Part shown: piece by piece, positions 39,789-49,247 of the stretch
Layout: each line of letters begins with the position of its first letter
Position numbering within the stretch: position 1 is the first letter of the stretch
Assembly (NCBI GenBank): GCA_043719295.1
Contig: JAYSUD010000001.1
Span: 189,799 to 253,798, forward strand
Length of the DNA: 64,000 nt
Direction of reading: 5' to 3'
DNA from: a bacterium
GTDB lineage: Bacteria; Patescibacteriota; Minisyncoccia; Phycocordibacterales; UBA918
Translations under genes and position numbers: made by a program
The notes under the pieces: generated by a model
The model's input: only the letters and a program-made list of their open reading frames with translations
Databases searched by the model: none
What the model was told of the DNA's origin: nothing

Positions 39789-39948
39789 ACTTTGTTATTG
39801 ATTTGATTGTTACTTTTAAATTATTTTTAACTTGAGAATAAACTTTTGACTTAGAATACACACCAAAGAAAAGGCGGTACCTATATAGTATGGACGAAAG
39901 TATTACCCATGTCTTACCATTTATCCCCGCATGTGGTTAAAAGACTTT

Positions 39949-41631
39949 TTAAGACAACAAAAAAACCAATCTTGCAACTCGCACGTAATTATAATCGTAC
40001 TTTTCTTTGCAATATTCAAAAATAGGCTTTAATTTTTCGGTACCACACAGATTAAGTGCTTCTTTTAGTTCAATGTATGACTCATCCCAATCTTCTGGAA
40101 GAATGTGTTCAAAATCCTTAAACGAAATACTTTTCTCATCAGCAAGTTTTTCCACATGTGCCCAAACAGTTGATTCAACCACATCACGTTCTTTTGCGAT
40201 TTCTTTAATTGACTTTTTAAGTAATAACAAACGTTTGGTTTCTTCTAGAGTACTTTCTTTTGCAACACGCTCATAAAGCTTCTTTGGTGACAGCGTAACT
40301 TCGCCTGTATACATTGTACCGCCTCCCGCTTTAATAAAACGTTCGTGCATAGCTTTAATCTCCACTTCTTCCATTTCCTCAAAAGCTCCTTCGGCACTTT
40401 CTGATTCGGCCTTAAATCGCACATCAAATGAGACAATTTTCGGGTCAACTTGTAACGCGGTAGTACTCATGCCAAGCATCTTAAGCCCTGCAAGTGAGCG
40501 GACTCTCGACAATGCAACATAACCCTGTCCGTAGACAAAAGCTTTTGAAAGATCTACTTCAGCAGCATCAAGCGACATTCCTTGGCTTTTATGAATGGTG
40601 ATAGCCCAGGCTAAGCGCAATGGCACTTGTTCAATCTCAGCGATGACCTTCCCTTCTTCTGCAATACTCCATGTTGAGGGCTTCATGACAATCTTTCTTC
40701 CATCATGCGTTTCAATCACCGGATACCCTTCTTCCATATCAAAAGAAATAACTCGCCCGAGCGTTCCGTTCACGTACCCCCCTTCAAAGTTGTTTTTAGT
40801 ACACATCACCATTGCATTCTCTTTAAGCTCTAGGAGTTCTGGTGACAAACAGCTTTTCGCTAAGTTTTGTTGCATCTGCTTATTACCACGAGCTGACATT
40901 GAAAACTTTCGGGTCATACCAGGGAGCACCTTAAGTTTTGCCATATTCACCGCATCAACGTCAGCGTTGTGTGTATAAAGACGCGTTGGTTCGATGTTTT
41001 CGTATGCAATATCGGTTTGTTCTTGTAACAGAGTGTAATGTTCTTCTTCAATTTGATTTTTACGTATTGATTTAAGCAAATTAAGCAATACTTCGTCTTC
41101 TTGTCGAAATTGTTCACTTAAGTAACAAATTAAGGGTTTTGCCTCCTCCCATGCACGACTTTCAAACCCATACCGAAGCGACTCCCCCATTCGTGCAATT
41201 GGCGGCAACTGGAAAAAATCGCCTACAAAAACCACCTGAAGTCCCCCAAACGCCTCAGCAGAGTTACGAACTGTCTTGCAAACAATGTTAACCATATCAA
41301 GCATCTTTCCATCAAGCATTGAGATTTCATCAATAATTAAGACATGCGCTTTTTTTACCTTATCGAGTACTTTTTTATTACTCGCAATTGCGTCGAGGTC
41401 ATAGCGCGTTAGGGTGTCACGTGCTCCAACTCCACTCCACGAGTGAATAGTCATCCCGCCAATGTGTGTGGCTGCAATCCCCGTTGATGCAGTAACAGCA
41501 ACTTTCACTTTAGACGCTTCAAGATACGCTATGTATTTATTTATGACGTACGTTTTCCCCGACCCCGGCTCTCCTGTGAGAAAGACATTCCCCCCTGTTT
41601 TCAAAATTTCCAAAGCCCGATCTTGGTTCAT
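39949..41631 (-). CDS. PIF1/RecD-family ATP-dependent DNA helicase with a C-terminal HTH-like domain
   Basis: Walker A LTGEPGSGKTY, Walker B VLIIDEISM, and SF1 motifs. Start taken at MNQDRALE. Confidence 0.75.
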   Translation of the reverse strand: MNQDRALEILKTGGNVFLTGEPGSGKTYVINKYIAYLEASKVKVAVTASTGIAATHIGGMTIHSWSGVGARDTLTRYDLDAIASNKKVLDKVKKAHVLIIDEISMLDGKMLDMVNIVCKTVRNSAEAFGGLQVVFVGDFFQLPPIARMGESLRYGFESRAWEEAKPLICYLSEQFRQEDEVLLNLLKSIRKNQIEEEHYTLLQEQTDIAYENIEPTRLYTHNADVDAVNMAKLKVLPGMTRKFSMSARGNKQMQQNLAKSCLSPELLELKENAMVMCTKNNFEGGYVNGTLGRVISFDMEEGYPVIETHDGRKIVMKPSTWSIAEEGKVIAEIEQVPLRLAWAITIHKSQGMSLDAAEVDLSKAFVYGQGYVALSRVRSLAGLKMLGMSTTALQVDPKIVSFDVRFKAESESAEGAFEEMEEVEIKAMHERFIKAGGGTMYTGEVTLSPKKLYERVAKESTLEETKRLLLLKKSIKEIAKERDVVESTVWAHVEKLADEKSISFKDFEHILPEDWDESYIELKEALNLCGTEKLKPIFEYCKEKYDYNYVRVARLVFLLS

Positions 41632-41720
41632 ATTAAGGTAAGTGTAACATAGTATCTGAGATATATTTACATTTCTAAAAACTGTGTTATAATTTATATC
41701 GGCCAAACAAGGAGGCAAAA

Positions 41721-42173
41721 ATGTACAGGGATTCAGTGTATATGCAGGGTTTTGACCAAAACGAACACCTTCGGCAGCACCCAGAGGTGCTAACTGTTGA
41801 AAATCTCAGTATTTTCAACGAGGTGTTTGGTCAATGGGGCACTGGGTTCACACCAGACAACCCTTATGACAAACTGACGGTTGATGAACGCTGGCTTATC
41901 TATCAAAGAATCATGTTCTTTTTTAAGGTACCAGAAGCATATCGTACTTTCGAAATGCGCCATGATCAGACATATGAACTCTGCAGGCGTCTCCGTGTAT
42001 CCGCGATTTGTGCTCATGACATCAAGTCACGTGGGATAGAAGTTGGGGCCAAAGTCCGGCGTGAGCGTGACAATCTTGAGGGAACCATTCTGGAAATTTC
42101 AGATGCGTTCAAAATCAAAGTGGACAAAACCCAATACTGGCGGAGTTCAAAAGACTTTCAAGTTGTCGCTTGA
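41721..42173 (+). CDS. hypothetical protein (150 aa)
   Basis: Strong SD aaggaggcaaaaATG. No recognisable domain. Confidence 0.5.
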   Translation: MYRDSVYMQGFDQNEHLRQHPEVLTVENLSIFNEVFGQWGTGFTPDNPYDKLTVDERWLIYQRIMFFFKVPEAYRTFEMRHDQTYELCRRLRVSAICAHDIKSRGIEVGAKVRRERDNLEGTILEISDAFKIKVDKTQYWRSSKDFQVVA

Positions 42174-42342
42174 CTCCATTACTACAAAAAACTCACCAGA
42201 ATTGTCATTGTGCATGGGCGAAGTATCGCCCATGCGAGGATGCTTCTTTCTTCCACTCACCCCTCCACACTCGTGGACACGGGTGATTTTTTATTTGTGG
42301 ACAGAGAAATTTTTTAGTCCATGATTCATGTATAATTAATGT

Positions 42343-44511
42343 ATGGCAACGCGTTCTTTAACTATTACTGATGTTGATGCAAAGAAAAAACCAGTATCAA
42401 AACGTATTGTACGTTCTCTAAGTTCTGTGCAGAAACAAGTCCCTTCAAAAAAAGGACGAGAAAGCATTTTGAAAACTACTCCTACAAAACAACTTAAGAA
42501 GAAAGTGATTGTTCATGAAGTTACTCCTACTCTTACAAAAAAACTAGTACCTAAAAAGTCAACAAGCATACAAAAGAAGAAAGTAACAAAAGCTATTAAG
42601 CCAAGCCTGAGAAAAACAGCGCCTATCGCACTAACTCCAAAAGTACCAGAAGTCTATTCTTCATGGCACACAACAAAAAAACATACACACGACCACACAC
42701 ACCATACTGTAGCTCATAAAACTGCACACGAAAAACATACAGAGCGTCGTGAAGCACACGGGGCAATTTTAAAACGTGAACCACTCGGACACTTGCTAGT
42801 AGAAAAGATTCTTAAAGAAGGAGGTTTTCATGGTGGAGTGTCTTCAAACAAAGATGTGCTTGATCGCTACTCAAATGATGAAAGTATCTTTACCATCCGA
42901 CCACAAGTAGTACTCCAACCAAAATCGCAAAGAGATGTTGAGATTGCGGTTACGGTACTTGGAAAACAAACACTCCGCTTCCCTTCACTTTCACTCACGC
43001 CGCGTGCTGCAGGGACAGGTCTTGGAGGTGGTTCGCTTACCGATTCAATCATGATTGATGTCTGTACCCACATGCATCGCATCGACGAACCTATTAAAAC
43101 CAAAGCCGGAATCACCATCACTGTACAGCCAGGAGCCATGTGGCGAGACGTTGAAAAGAAACTTAAGAAACATGGTGTGTATCTTCCTTCATACCCTGCA
43201 TCAAAAGACATCTGCTCTATTGGTGGAGCTGTTGCTAATAACGCTGCAGGCCCTGATTCTCTTCGCTATGGTCACACAGCAAATTGGGTTGAGTCACTTG
43301 ACATTGTCCTTTTTGACGGCAAAACATACACCTTCCAACCGGTAACCTATAGTGAGTACAAAACCATCATTAAAAAAGACAACGCACACGCAACAGTTTT
43401 AAAAGAAGTATTTGAACTTATTGAGCAAAACGAAAAAGCTGTGTACGAAGCTAAGCCAAAAACTTCAAAAAACTCCTCAGGCTACGCACTTTGGGATGTG
43501 ATGTCCGGATCGGTAGACTCATTTAAAAAAGGAAGTGGTACGTTGAACCTCGTTAGACTTGTCTGTGGTAGTCAAGGAACAATCGGTATTATAACTGAGG
43601 TCACCATGCGTACTGAGCCAATAACACAAAATACAGAACTTATTGTCGTTCCTGTGTTTGATTTAGCTGATGCAGGAAAAGTGATTTTAAAAGCACTCGA
43701 TTTTGACCCTATTAACATAGAGCTTTTTGATGGTCTTACGTTTGATCTTGCACTTAAGAATCCAGAGTTCTTTAGAGATAGACTTGGAAAATTTGAGTAC
43801 TATCAAGTACTGTTATCTTTGTATACCACCTTCCATGTTCGCTACAACCGAAAAACTCCCGAGTTTACGCTCCTTATCACGCTCGATAAAACAACAAGAA
43901 AACATAGTCCGCAACATCTTGTAGAGACTCTAAAAAACAATGGGGGCAAAAAAGCACGCTTGGTTACAAGTCCTGTAGATACCGAAATGTATTGGCAGGT
44001 TCGTCGTGCAAGTTATTCCCTTTCTAAGTTCCAAGACCCAAACAAACGTCCCGCTGCTTTCTTAGAAGACATGGTTGTTCCCCCAAAGAACATGCCTAAG
44101 TTCTTTATGGAGATTAAACGCCTTTTGAAAAAGTATAACGTCACCGCAGCAGTTCATGGTCATGGAGGAAACGGACACTTGCACTTCTACCCACTTATTG
44201 ACTTTGAAAACAAAACTACTCCAACCCTGATCATGAAAATGACCGAAGAGTTTTTCGCAACTGCTTTAAAATTTGATGGAAACCTATGCGGTGAACATAA
44301 CGATGGTATCATCCGTACTCCGTACATCGACAAAATGTTTAGCAAAGAAGCTATGACCCTTTTCAAGCGACTTGAACACCTTTTTGATCCTGAAGACATC
44401 TTCAACCCAGGAAAGAAAGTAAATCCAAAGTTTGACATCAAAACCTCTATTCGTCATACCAATAACAACACACAACCTCGTAAAGGAAACGAGGTTACCG
44501 GTCCTGTCTAG
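42343..44511 (+). CDS. FAD-linked oxidase (GlcD/D-lactate dehydrogenase family) with a Lys/His-rich N-terminal extension of about 150 aa
   Basis: PCMH-type FAD-binding region (PRAAGTGLGGGSL), C-terminal VHGHGGNGHLHF. N-terminal K-rich and HTHDHTHHTVAHKTAHEKH low-complexity region. Confidence 0.8.
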   Translation: MATRSLTITDVDAKKKPVSKRIVRSLSSVQKQVPSKKGRESILKTTPTKQLKKKVIVHEVTPTLTKKLVPKKSTSIQKKKVTKAIKPSLRKTAPIALTPKVPEVYSSWHTTKKHTHDHTHHTVAHKTAHEKHTERREAHGAILKREPLGHLLVEKILKEGGFHGGVSSNKDVLDRYSNDESIFTIRPQVVLQPKSQRDVEIAVTVLGKQTLRFPSLSLTPRAAGTGLGGGSLTDSIMIDVCTHMHRIDEPIKTKAGITITVQPGAMWRDVEKKLKKHGVYLPSYPASKDICSIGGAVANNAAGPDSLRYGHTANWVESLDIVLFDGKTYTFQPVTYSEYKTIIKKDNAHATVLKEVFELIEQNEKAVYEAKPKTSKNSSGYALWDVMSGSVDSFKKGSGTLNLVRLVCGSQGTIGIITEVTMRTEPITQNTELIVVPVFDLADAGKVILKALDFDPINIELFDGLTFDLALKNPEFFRDRLGKFEYYQVLLSLYTTFHVRYNRKTPEFTLLITLDKTTRKHSPQHLVETLKNNGGKKARLVTSPVDTEMYWQVRRASYSLSKFQDPNKRPAAFLEDMVVPPKNMPKFFMEIKRLLKKYNVTAAVHGHGGNGHLHFYPLIDFENKTTPTLIMKMTEEFFATALKFDGNLCGEHNDGIIRTPYIDKMFSKEAMTLFKRLEHLFDPEDIFNPGKKVNPKFDIKTSIRHTNNNTQPRKGNEVTGPV

Positions 44512-44596
44512 AGTTACAAAAGTTTTGAACAGATTAAAATTGCTTACAAGTACATGCAGGTATATAGTCAAACTATGCAAACAAAGGGAGGATGAA

Positions 44597-44857
44597 ATGC
44601 TTGCAGAACGCACATTCGCAAATACTATCTCAGGAATGACCTGGAATGGAACTGATATCGATCAAGCCACAAGGGAGTTCTTTATCGCAACCCCCTATCG
44701 CTTCTGTGAACCAGCCTTGAAGCCAAAAGACAAGGCAAAGCTTGTGGAAAAGAGAATGATTGAACTGGGTCTCATGCACCAAGACACAAACTCAGACGAA
44801 ATGATACTTCTGACCACGGTCTTGGATGAATTGCTTCACGCTCAACCACGTCGCTGA
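44597..44857 (+). CDS. hypothetical small protein (87 aa)
   Basis: Strong SD aagggaggatgaaATG. Confidence 0.4.
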   Translation: MLAERTFANTISGMTWNGTDIDQATREFFIATPYRFCEPALKPKDKAKLVEKRMIELGLMHQDTNSDEMILLTTVLDELLHAQPRR

Positions 44858-44961
44858 ATTCCGCCACTAAAAAAGATTCGCTCTCCAGCCATCTTTGTTG
44901 GAGGCGGTCTTTTTTTGTTTTGATATTTAAAGAAAATTTGCTATAACTATCGAGTCCATTT

Positions 44962-45033
44962 GGTCTCATCGTCTAACGGTTAGGACGCAGGATTCTCATT
45001 CCTGCAATCGGGGTTCGATTCCCCGTGAGATCA
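44962..45033 (+). tRNA. tRNA-Glu (anticodon CUC)
   Basis: Manual cloverleaf: 7-bp acceptor stem ggtctca/tgagatc with one G-U pair, D-stem gtct/ggac, anticodon stem cagga/tcctg, loop ttCTCat, T-arm cgggg-ttcgatt-ccccg. No encoded CCA. Confidence 0.8.
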
Positions 45034-45046
45034 CGAGTACAAGAAA

Positions 45047-45068
45047 GAGCGCCTCTAGGCGCCTTTTT
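45047..45068 (+). terminator. rho-independent terminator after the tRNA
   Basis: agagcgcctctaggcgcctttttt. Confidence 0.55.
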
Positions 45069-45189
45069 TGTTCGTGATCTCACGAGTAACAGTGTGGGAC
45101 ACTGTTACGTGGGAATCGAAAAGCGGCTTGAGATACTTTATGAACGAAGTGAAATAAAGTATCCAAACGCTGCACAGATTCTGTAAGAA

Positions 45190-45208
45190 TTGATTCCCCG
45201 CGAGATCA
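45190..45208 (+). repeat. direct repeat of the tRNA-Glu 3' end (gattccccgYgagatca); candidate att-site scar
   Basis: 18 of 19 nt identical to tRNA bases 54-72. Lies about 150 bp downstream. Between the two sits an inverted copy, cgtgatctcacgag, and a perfect hairpin, gtaacagtgtgggacactgttac. Confidence 0.4.
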
Positions 45209-45220
45209 TAACTATAAATC

Positions 45221-45931
45221 CTACCCTCCTCCAAACTCCCGTACTATCTCCTTTTCATTTTTGGCATCAAGGGACTTCTTGAACCTTGTGCTTTTTTTGC
45301 CTTTGACTCTGCTTTCGCACTCTGTCCATGTGGCATGTATTTGTATAACCCCTTCTACCATACTGATATACGAAAAGGCTTTCTGAGCTCCGCGCTTGCG
45401 GGCGTCACTTCGTTCTTGTGCTTTAGCTTCATCAAACGTAGTGTCTTCGATATTAAATCCATACTCGCTTTTTGGTCCACGATACAGTTCACACGTTCCC
45501 TTTTCAGCAAAAGTTGAAGCGATAGTGTCAGCTCGTTCATTACCAATAATACCAACGTGCCCTGGCACTTTGTGCCACTCTACCGCAACTTGTTTTAGTA
45601 GTGGCAGGAGTGCTTGCCATAATTCCTTGTTTGCAACATCGGTATCTGCTTTTGTTTTCCAACCGTTTTTGACCCATCCAAAAATCCACCCTTTCGCACC
45701 TTCAACTACGTACTTTGAGTCAGTATAGATTGCCACTTGAGTAGAGGTACGTGCTACTTCTTTGAGCGCTTCAACTACCGCAGTTAATTCCATTTCGTTA
45801 TTGGTCGTACGTTCTTTGTACCCACCGATTTCTACCACTGTATCTGCATACGAAATCACAACCGCAAATCCCCCGCGTCCTGGATTCCCTTTTGCTGCAC
45901 CGTCAGTAAAAATGGCAACGTTCTTTTGCAT
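45221..45931 (-). CDS. rnhA: ribonuclease HI with a C-terminal viroplasmin-like hybrid-binding domain
   Basis: N-terminal RNase H fold (IFTDGAAKGNPGRGGFAVV...TNNEMELTA...HVGIIGNERAD). C-terminal KAFSYISMVEGVIQIHATWTECE...KKSTRFKK resembles the Cauli_VI/HBD domain. Confidence 0.8.
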   Translation of the reverse strand: MQKNVAIFTDGAAKGNPGRGGFAVVISYADTVVEIGGYKERTTNNEMELTAVVEALKEVARTSTQVAIYTDSKYVVEGAKGWIFGWVKNGWKTKADTDVANKELWQALLPLLKQVAVEWHKVPGHVGIIGNERADTIASTFAEKGTCELYRGPKSEYGFNIEDTTFDEAKAQERSDARKRGAQKAFSYISMVEGVIQIHATWTECESRVKGKKSTRFKKSLDAKNEKEIVREFGGG

Positions 45932-46020
45932 AGTTCAAAAAGTGTAACATGCGGCATCTATATGTACCGCACCTGTCAAACTGCATCGCTATTATTGTGT
46001 AAGTTTGCTAGGATGCACCT

Positions 46021-46587
46021 ATGAAAGTAACTGGGGCTAAATTTATAAAGGGTCTTGTTGGCAGAGATGCACTACTTGAAGACGGCAGACCTCAAATTGC
46101 TTTTATTGGGCGTTCGAACGCTGGTAAGTCGAGCCTCCTTAATTCCCTTACCAATTCAAAGAAATTGGCAATAGAAAGCGATACGCCCGGTCGTACACGC
46201 GAAATTAATGTGTTCTTAATTAACGAGTCACATTACTTCATGGATCTACCGGGATACGGGTACGCTAAAGCAGGTGGTCGCAATCTTGATGCGTTAGGTG
46301 AACTGATCTCCTGGTACCTCTTTGAATCAGGCTGCAACCCTACTGTTGTCCTTCTTATTGATGCTGTAGTTGGTCCTACACTTGATGATTTTGAAATGTT
46401 ACGCGCACTTGAAAATGAACGTAAGAATATTGTTGTAGTAGTCAACAAGATAGATAAAGTTAAGAAATCGGAGTACCACAAACAGCTCAAAAAACTTGGA
46501 AGCCAAATCCCCGGACATACACTATTCCCCTACTCCTCGAAAGCTAAAATCGGCATCGCAGAGTTAGCAAGCAGACTCCTTATTTGA
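46021..46587 (+). CDS. engB: ribosome biogenesis GTP-binding protein YsxC/EngB
   Basis: GRSNAGKSSLLNSLT G1 motif, DLPGYG, and a NKIDK G4 motif. Confidence 0.85.
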   Translation: MKVTGAKFIKGLVGRDALLEDGRPQIAFIGRSNAGKSSLLNSLTNSKKLAIESDTPGRTREINVFLINESHYFMDLPGYGYAKAGGRNLDALGELISWYLFESGCNPTVVLLIDAVVGPTLDDFEMLRALENERKNIVVVVNKIDKVKKSEYHKQLKKLGSQIPGHTLFPYSSKAKIGIAELASRLLI

Positions 46588-46630
46588 GTCCATGTCCGCA
46601 GTGATGTAATGCTCGATACTCCCTATGAAC

Positions 46631-47908
46631 TTACAACGGCAACGCTAAAAAAATTGATTCCATTTCTTCGGGAGTAAGGCCACCATGATGTCCAAAAAAA
46701 TCCTGCTCGAATACCCCTTCTTCATACCAATACACCGCATCGTGTTTATACGGAAGAATACAAATATTTCCGATTCTATCTCGAAGAGTTTGGCTTACCT
46801 TATCGCCGAAAAGACCCAGGGTGATTAAATCCTCTACAAGATACACCTCGGCCTTCCCTATCACCAGCTCTTTAATCTTTGCAAACGCACTATCAAGATA
46901 CTCATCTTTAATATATAAAAATAAGTCACGGCAACTACCTCCAAAAACCAGTGGTACTCCTTTGGTATTTGTTTTTAACCAAGAAGTAATTTCAGGAATT
47001 TCTTTATTTAAATAGATAGTTTTATCAGGACTGATTTCAGTTTGTCCATGGTCAGCAGTCATAAGCATCAAAGTTTTCCCACAATTACCTATTACTTTTG
47101 ACACAAACAATGTTTCAAGTTGGGTGAAGAAAAAATCAACCTCAGCCTCAAAGGCTGCTGAAGATGGACCTTCAATATGTCCGACGTTATCTATGTGTCC
47201 ATAGTAAAAATAGTAATATGACTTTTCTGTACTCGACATCACCTCCTTTTGAAGTTCTTGAAGCCCAGAAGCTAAAGTGTCGTAGGGATGCAGGTTTGTT
47301 AATCCTGCAGTGACAACATCACCATACGTAGAAGGTGTAAACACACTGGATTGGAAGATGTGTGTAGTAATTGATTGCTTTTCTAGTTGAGCATAAAACG
47401 AATCGTTGGGATACAGTTCTTTTGGTTCTATAGACGAACTTGCAAGTGTATTTCGACCTTTATCACGCGCATAGGAAAACAATAGCGGAGCGATGATATC
47501 GTCTACTTTTGGTTCAAAGTAAAACCATTCAAAAACACCACTTTCATCAACTCGCTTACCTGTATGAATAGCAGTTACGTGAGCAGCGGTAGTTGATGGA
47601 AATTGAGAAGTAATTTTTGAAACTACACCTTCTTCTACAAAACGCCGCAGAGTTGGGTACCTATTTTTATACTGCTCAAAAAATCTCCATCCAAAAGCAT
47701 CAACAAAAAACAAAACAACTTGGTCATATTGAGATGATAGACCTTGCAAGGTTGTAGCTGGCAATGCCTGTGATTTTGTATCACCACAAAGCAATTTTTC
47801 AATAGTCGGAGTTATATTTGAAAAACAATACGAGTCATACAGTGGCATTCTAAATTTCTCAGAAAAAGTTGAGGCATTCACAGCACTTATACTATCTTGA
47901 TTGATCAT
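46631..47908 (-). CDS. alkaline-phosphatase-superfamily metalloenzyme (possible cofactor-independent phosphoglycerate mutase ApgM-type or nucleotide pyrophosphatase)
   Basis: MTADHGQTE metal-binding motif. About 425 aa. The specific family is uncertain. Confidence 0.55.
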   Translation of the reverse strand: MINQDSISAVNASTFSEKFRMPLYDSYCFSNITPTIEKLLCGDTKSQALPATTLQGLSSQYDQVVLFFVDAFGWRFFEQYKNRYPTLRRFVEEGVVSKITSQFPSTTAAHVTAIHTGKRVDESGVFEWFYFEPKVDDIIAPLLFSYARDKGRNTLASSSIEPKELYPNDSFYAQLEKQSITTHIFQSSVFTPSTYGDVVTAGLTNLHPYDTLASGLQELQKEVMSSTEKSYYYFYYGHIDNVGHIEGPSSAAFEAEVDFFFTQLETLFVSKVIGNCGKTLMLMTADHGQTEISPDKTIYLNKEIPEITSWLKTNTKGVPLVFGGSCRDLFLYIKDEYLDSAFAKIKELVIGKAEVYLVEDLITLGLFGDKVSQTLRDRIGNICILPYKHDAVYWYEEGVFEQDFFGHHGGLTPEEMESIFLALPL

Positions 47909-48050
47909 AGCGAAAGTATAGCAAAGATTGATACCGAGCTAAATGATACAACCATACCAAAAAGAGTATTTAATCAAACAGATCTTGATGTCAGTAATTA
48001 TCAACATCTATGTTTGATTTTTGTACATATTTAGTATATATTGTATACAT

Positions 48051-48725
48051 ATGAGTACAACATACGCGTCCTTAGTACGTGAACTCCGCCAGAAGCGGGG
48101 ATTTTCACAATTGGAACTAGCGGAGAAGCTAGGTATTTCTCGTGCCTCTTATATTGCAATTGAGCAAGGAAAACGTGAACTGAGCATGAGTGAGTGTGAA
48201 AAATTATCGCAAGTTTTAGGTGTGTCAATTAGTGACATTAAACGAGGAGAAGCGCCTAACTACGAAAAGTACAGACAGATGATTTTACTGTATCTCAGAA
48301 TGAATAATGATGTAACAAAAACTAAATTGGCAAAGCTGCTCTATTTCGCAGACTTTACCTGGTACTATCACCATCTTGAAAGTATGAGTGGCATGGAATA
48401 TCGAAAGATCCAGTATGGCCCAGTGGCAGATACGTACTTTAGACTTATCGACGAAATGCGTGATGTTGGTGAAATCAACATAGAACTCAAAGACGAAGGT
48501 GCAATGCGAATTTCACAAACTGACTCGGGAGCAAAACACGCTATCACCATGATTGAAGCAGAAGAAATTGCTCTCATGAATGATATCAACAGTAAATGGA
48601 GAGACAAGCGAACGGCTGAAATTGTATCCTTTACCCATAAACAGCTTCCCTTCCTCCTTGCTGATGATAATGAAATCGTTTCGTACAACGCATTTGGTCA
48701 AGAAAATCCGGACGATATTTATTAA
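48051..48725 (+). CDS. XRE-family HTH plus Panacea (DUF4065/SocA-like) domain protein; putative antitoxin
   Basis: N-terminal LVRELRQKRGFSQLELAEKLGISRASYIAIEQGKRE HTH. C-terminal KLAKLLYFADFTWYY...YGPV Panacea-like signature. ttgtacatat/attgtatacat direct repeats sit over the start. Confidence 0.65.
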   Translation: MSTTYASLVRELRQKRGFSQLELAEKLGISRASYIAIEQGKRELSMSECEKLSQVLGVSISDIKRGEAPNYEKYRQMILLYLRMNNDVTKTKLAKLLYFADFTWYYHHLESMSGMEYRKIQYGPVADTYFRLIDEMRDVGEINIELKDEGAMRISQTDSGAKHAITMIEAEEIALMNDINSKWRDKRTAEIVSFTHKQLPFLLADDNEIVSYNAFGQENPDDIY

Positions 48726-48732
48726 TATCTTT

Positions 48733-49125
48733 ATGAAGTACCAGGTCGTCTTTCTTCCCTATACCGATCGACACTATATAAAATCATTTGCAAAAAAATA
48801 TAAACGTGCTTGGAATGAGACGATGGACGCGCTATGTACTGAATTTCGGTCTGTAGATGTCTTATTTGCAAAAACTATTGCGGAAATTATTTGCGTATCA
48901 CCAGACAACGAGATTAAAATTTGTAAGACTGAATTTAAGATACTTGGAACGAATATATCACGACACGCTTCTGGTTATCGATGTATTATTGCAGTCCATA
49001 AAAGTAGTCAATTGGTAAATGTTTTGCTTATATATGGGAAAAGTGATGTTGGAGGAAAAAACGAAACTGCTTGGTGGAAAAATATTTTACGAGAAACATA
49101 TCCTGAGTATAAAGACATACTCTAG
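48733..49125 (+). CDS. putative RelE/ParE-fold toxin partner of the Panacea protein
   Basis: 130 aa starting 8 bp after the partner's stop. ...RHASGYRCIIAVHKSSQLVNVLLIYGKSD resembles the RelE/ParE beta-sheet core. Uncertain. Confidence 0.4.
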   Translation: MKYQVVFLPYTDRHYIKSFAKKYKRAWNETMDALCTEFRSVDVLFAKTIAEIICVSPDNEIKICKTEFKILGTNISRHASGYRCIIAVHKSSQLVNVLLIYGKSDVGGKNETAWWKNILRETYPEYKDIL

Positions 49126-49247
49126 TATTTTATGTATTTTAAAGATACGCACAGGTCCACCCATCCCCCACGTTCAATTGCTAAATGCGTAATTATCCAG
49201 CATAGTTAAGATAGTTCTTTTCGTCATGTAACTTTGGAGGACTCACG

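Noticed and set aside
45100-45190. A second tRNA or pseudo-tRNA downstream of tRNA-Glu
   Set aside because: Only the 3' T-arm and acceptor half is duplicated, and no complementary 5' acceptor or D-arm could be formed.
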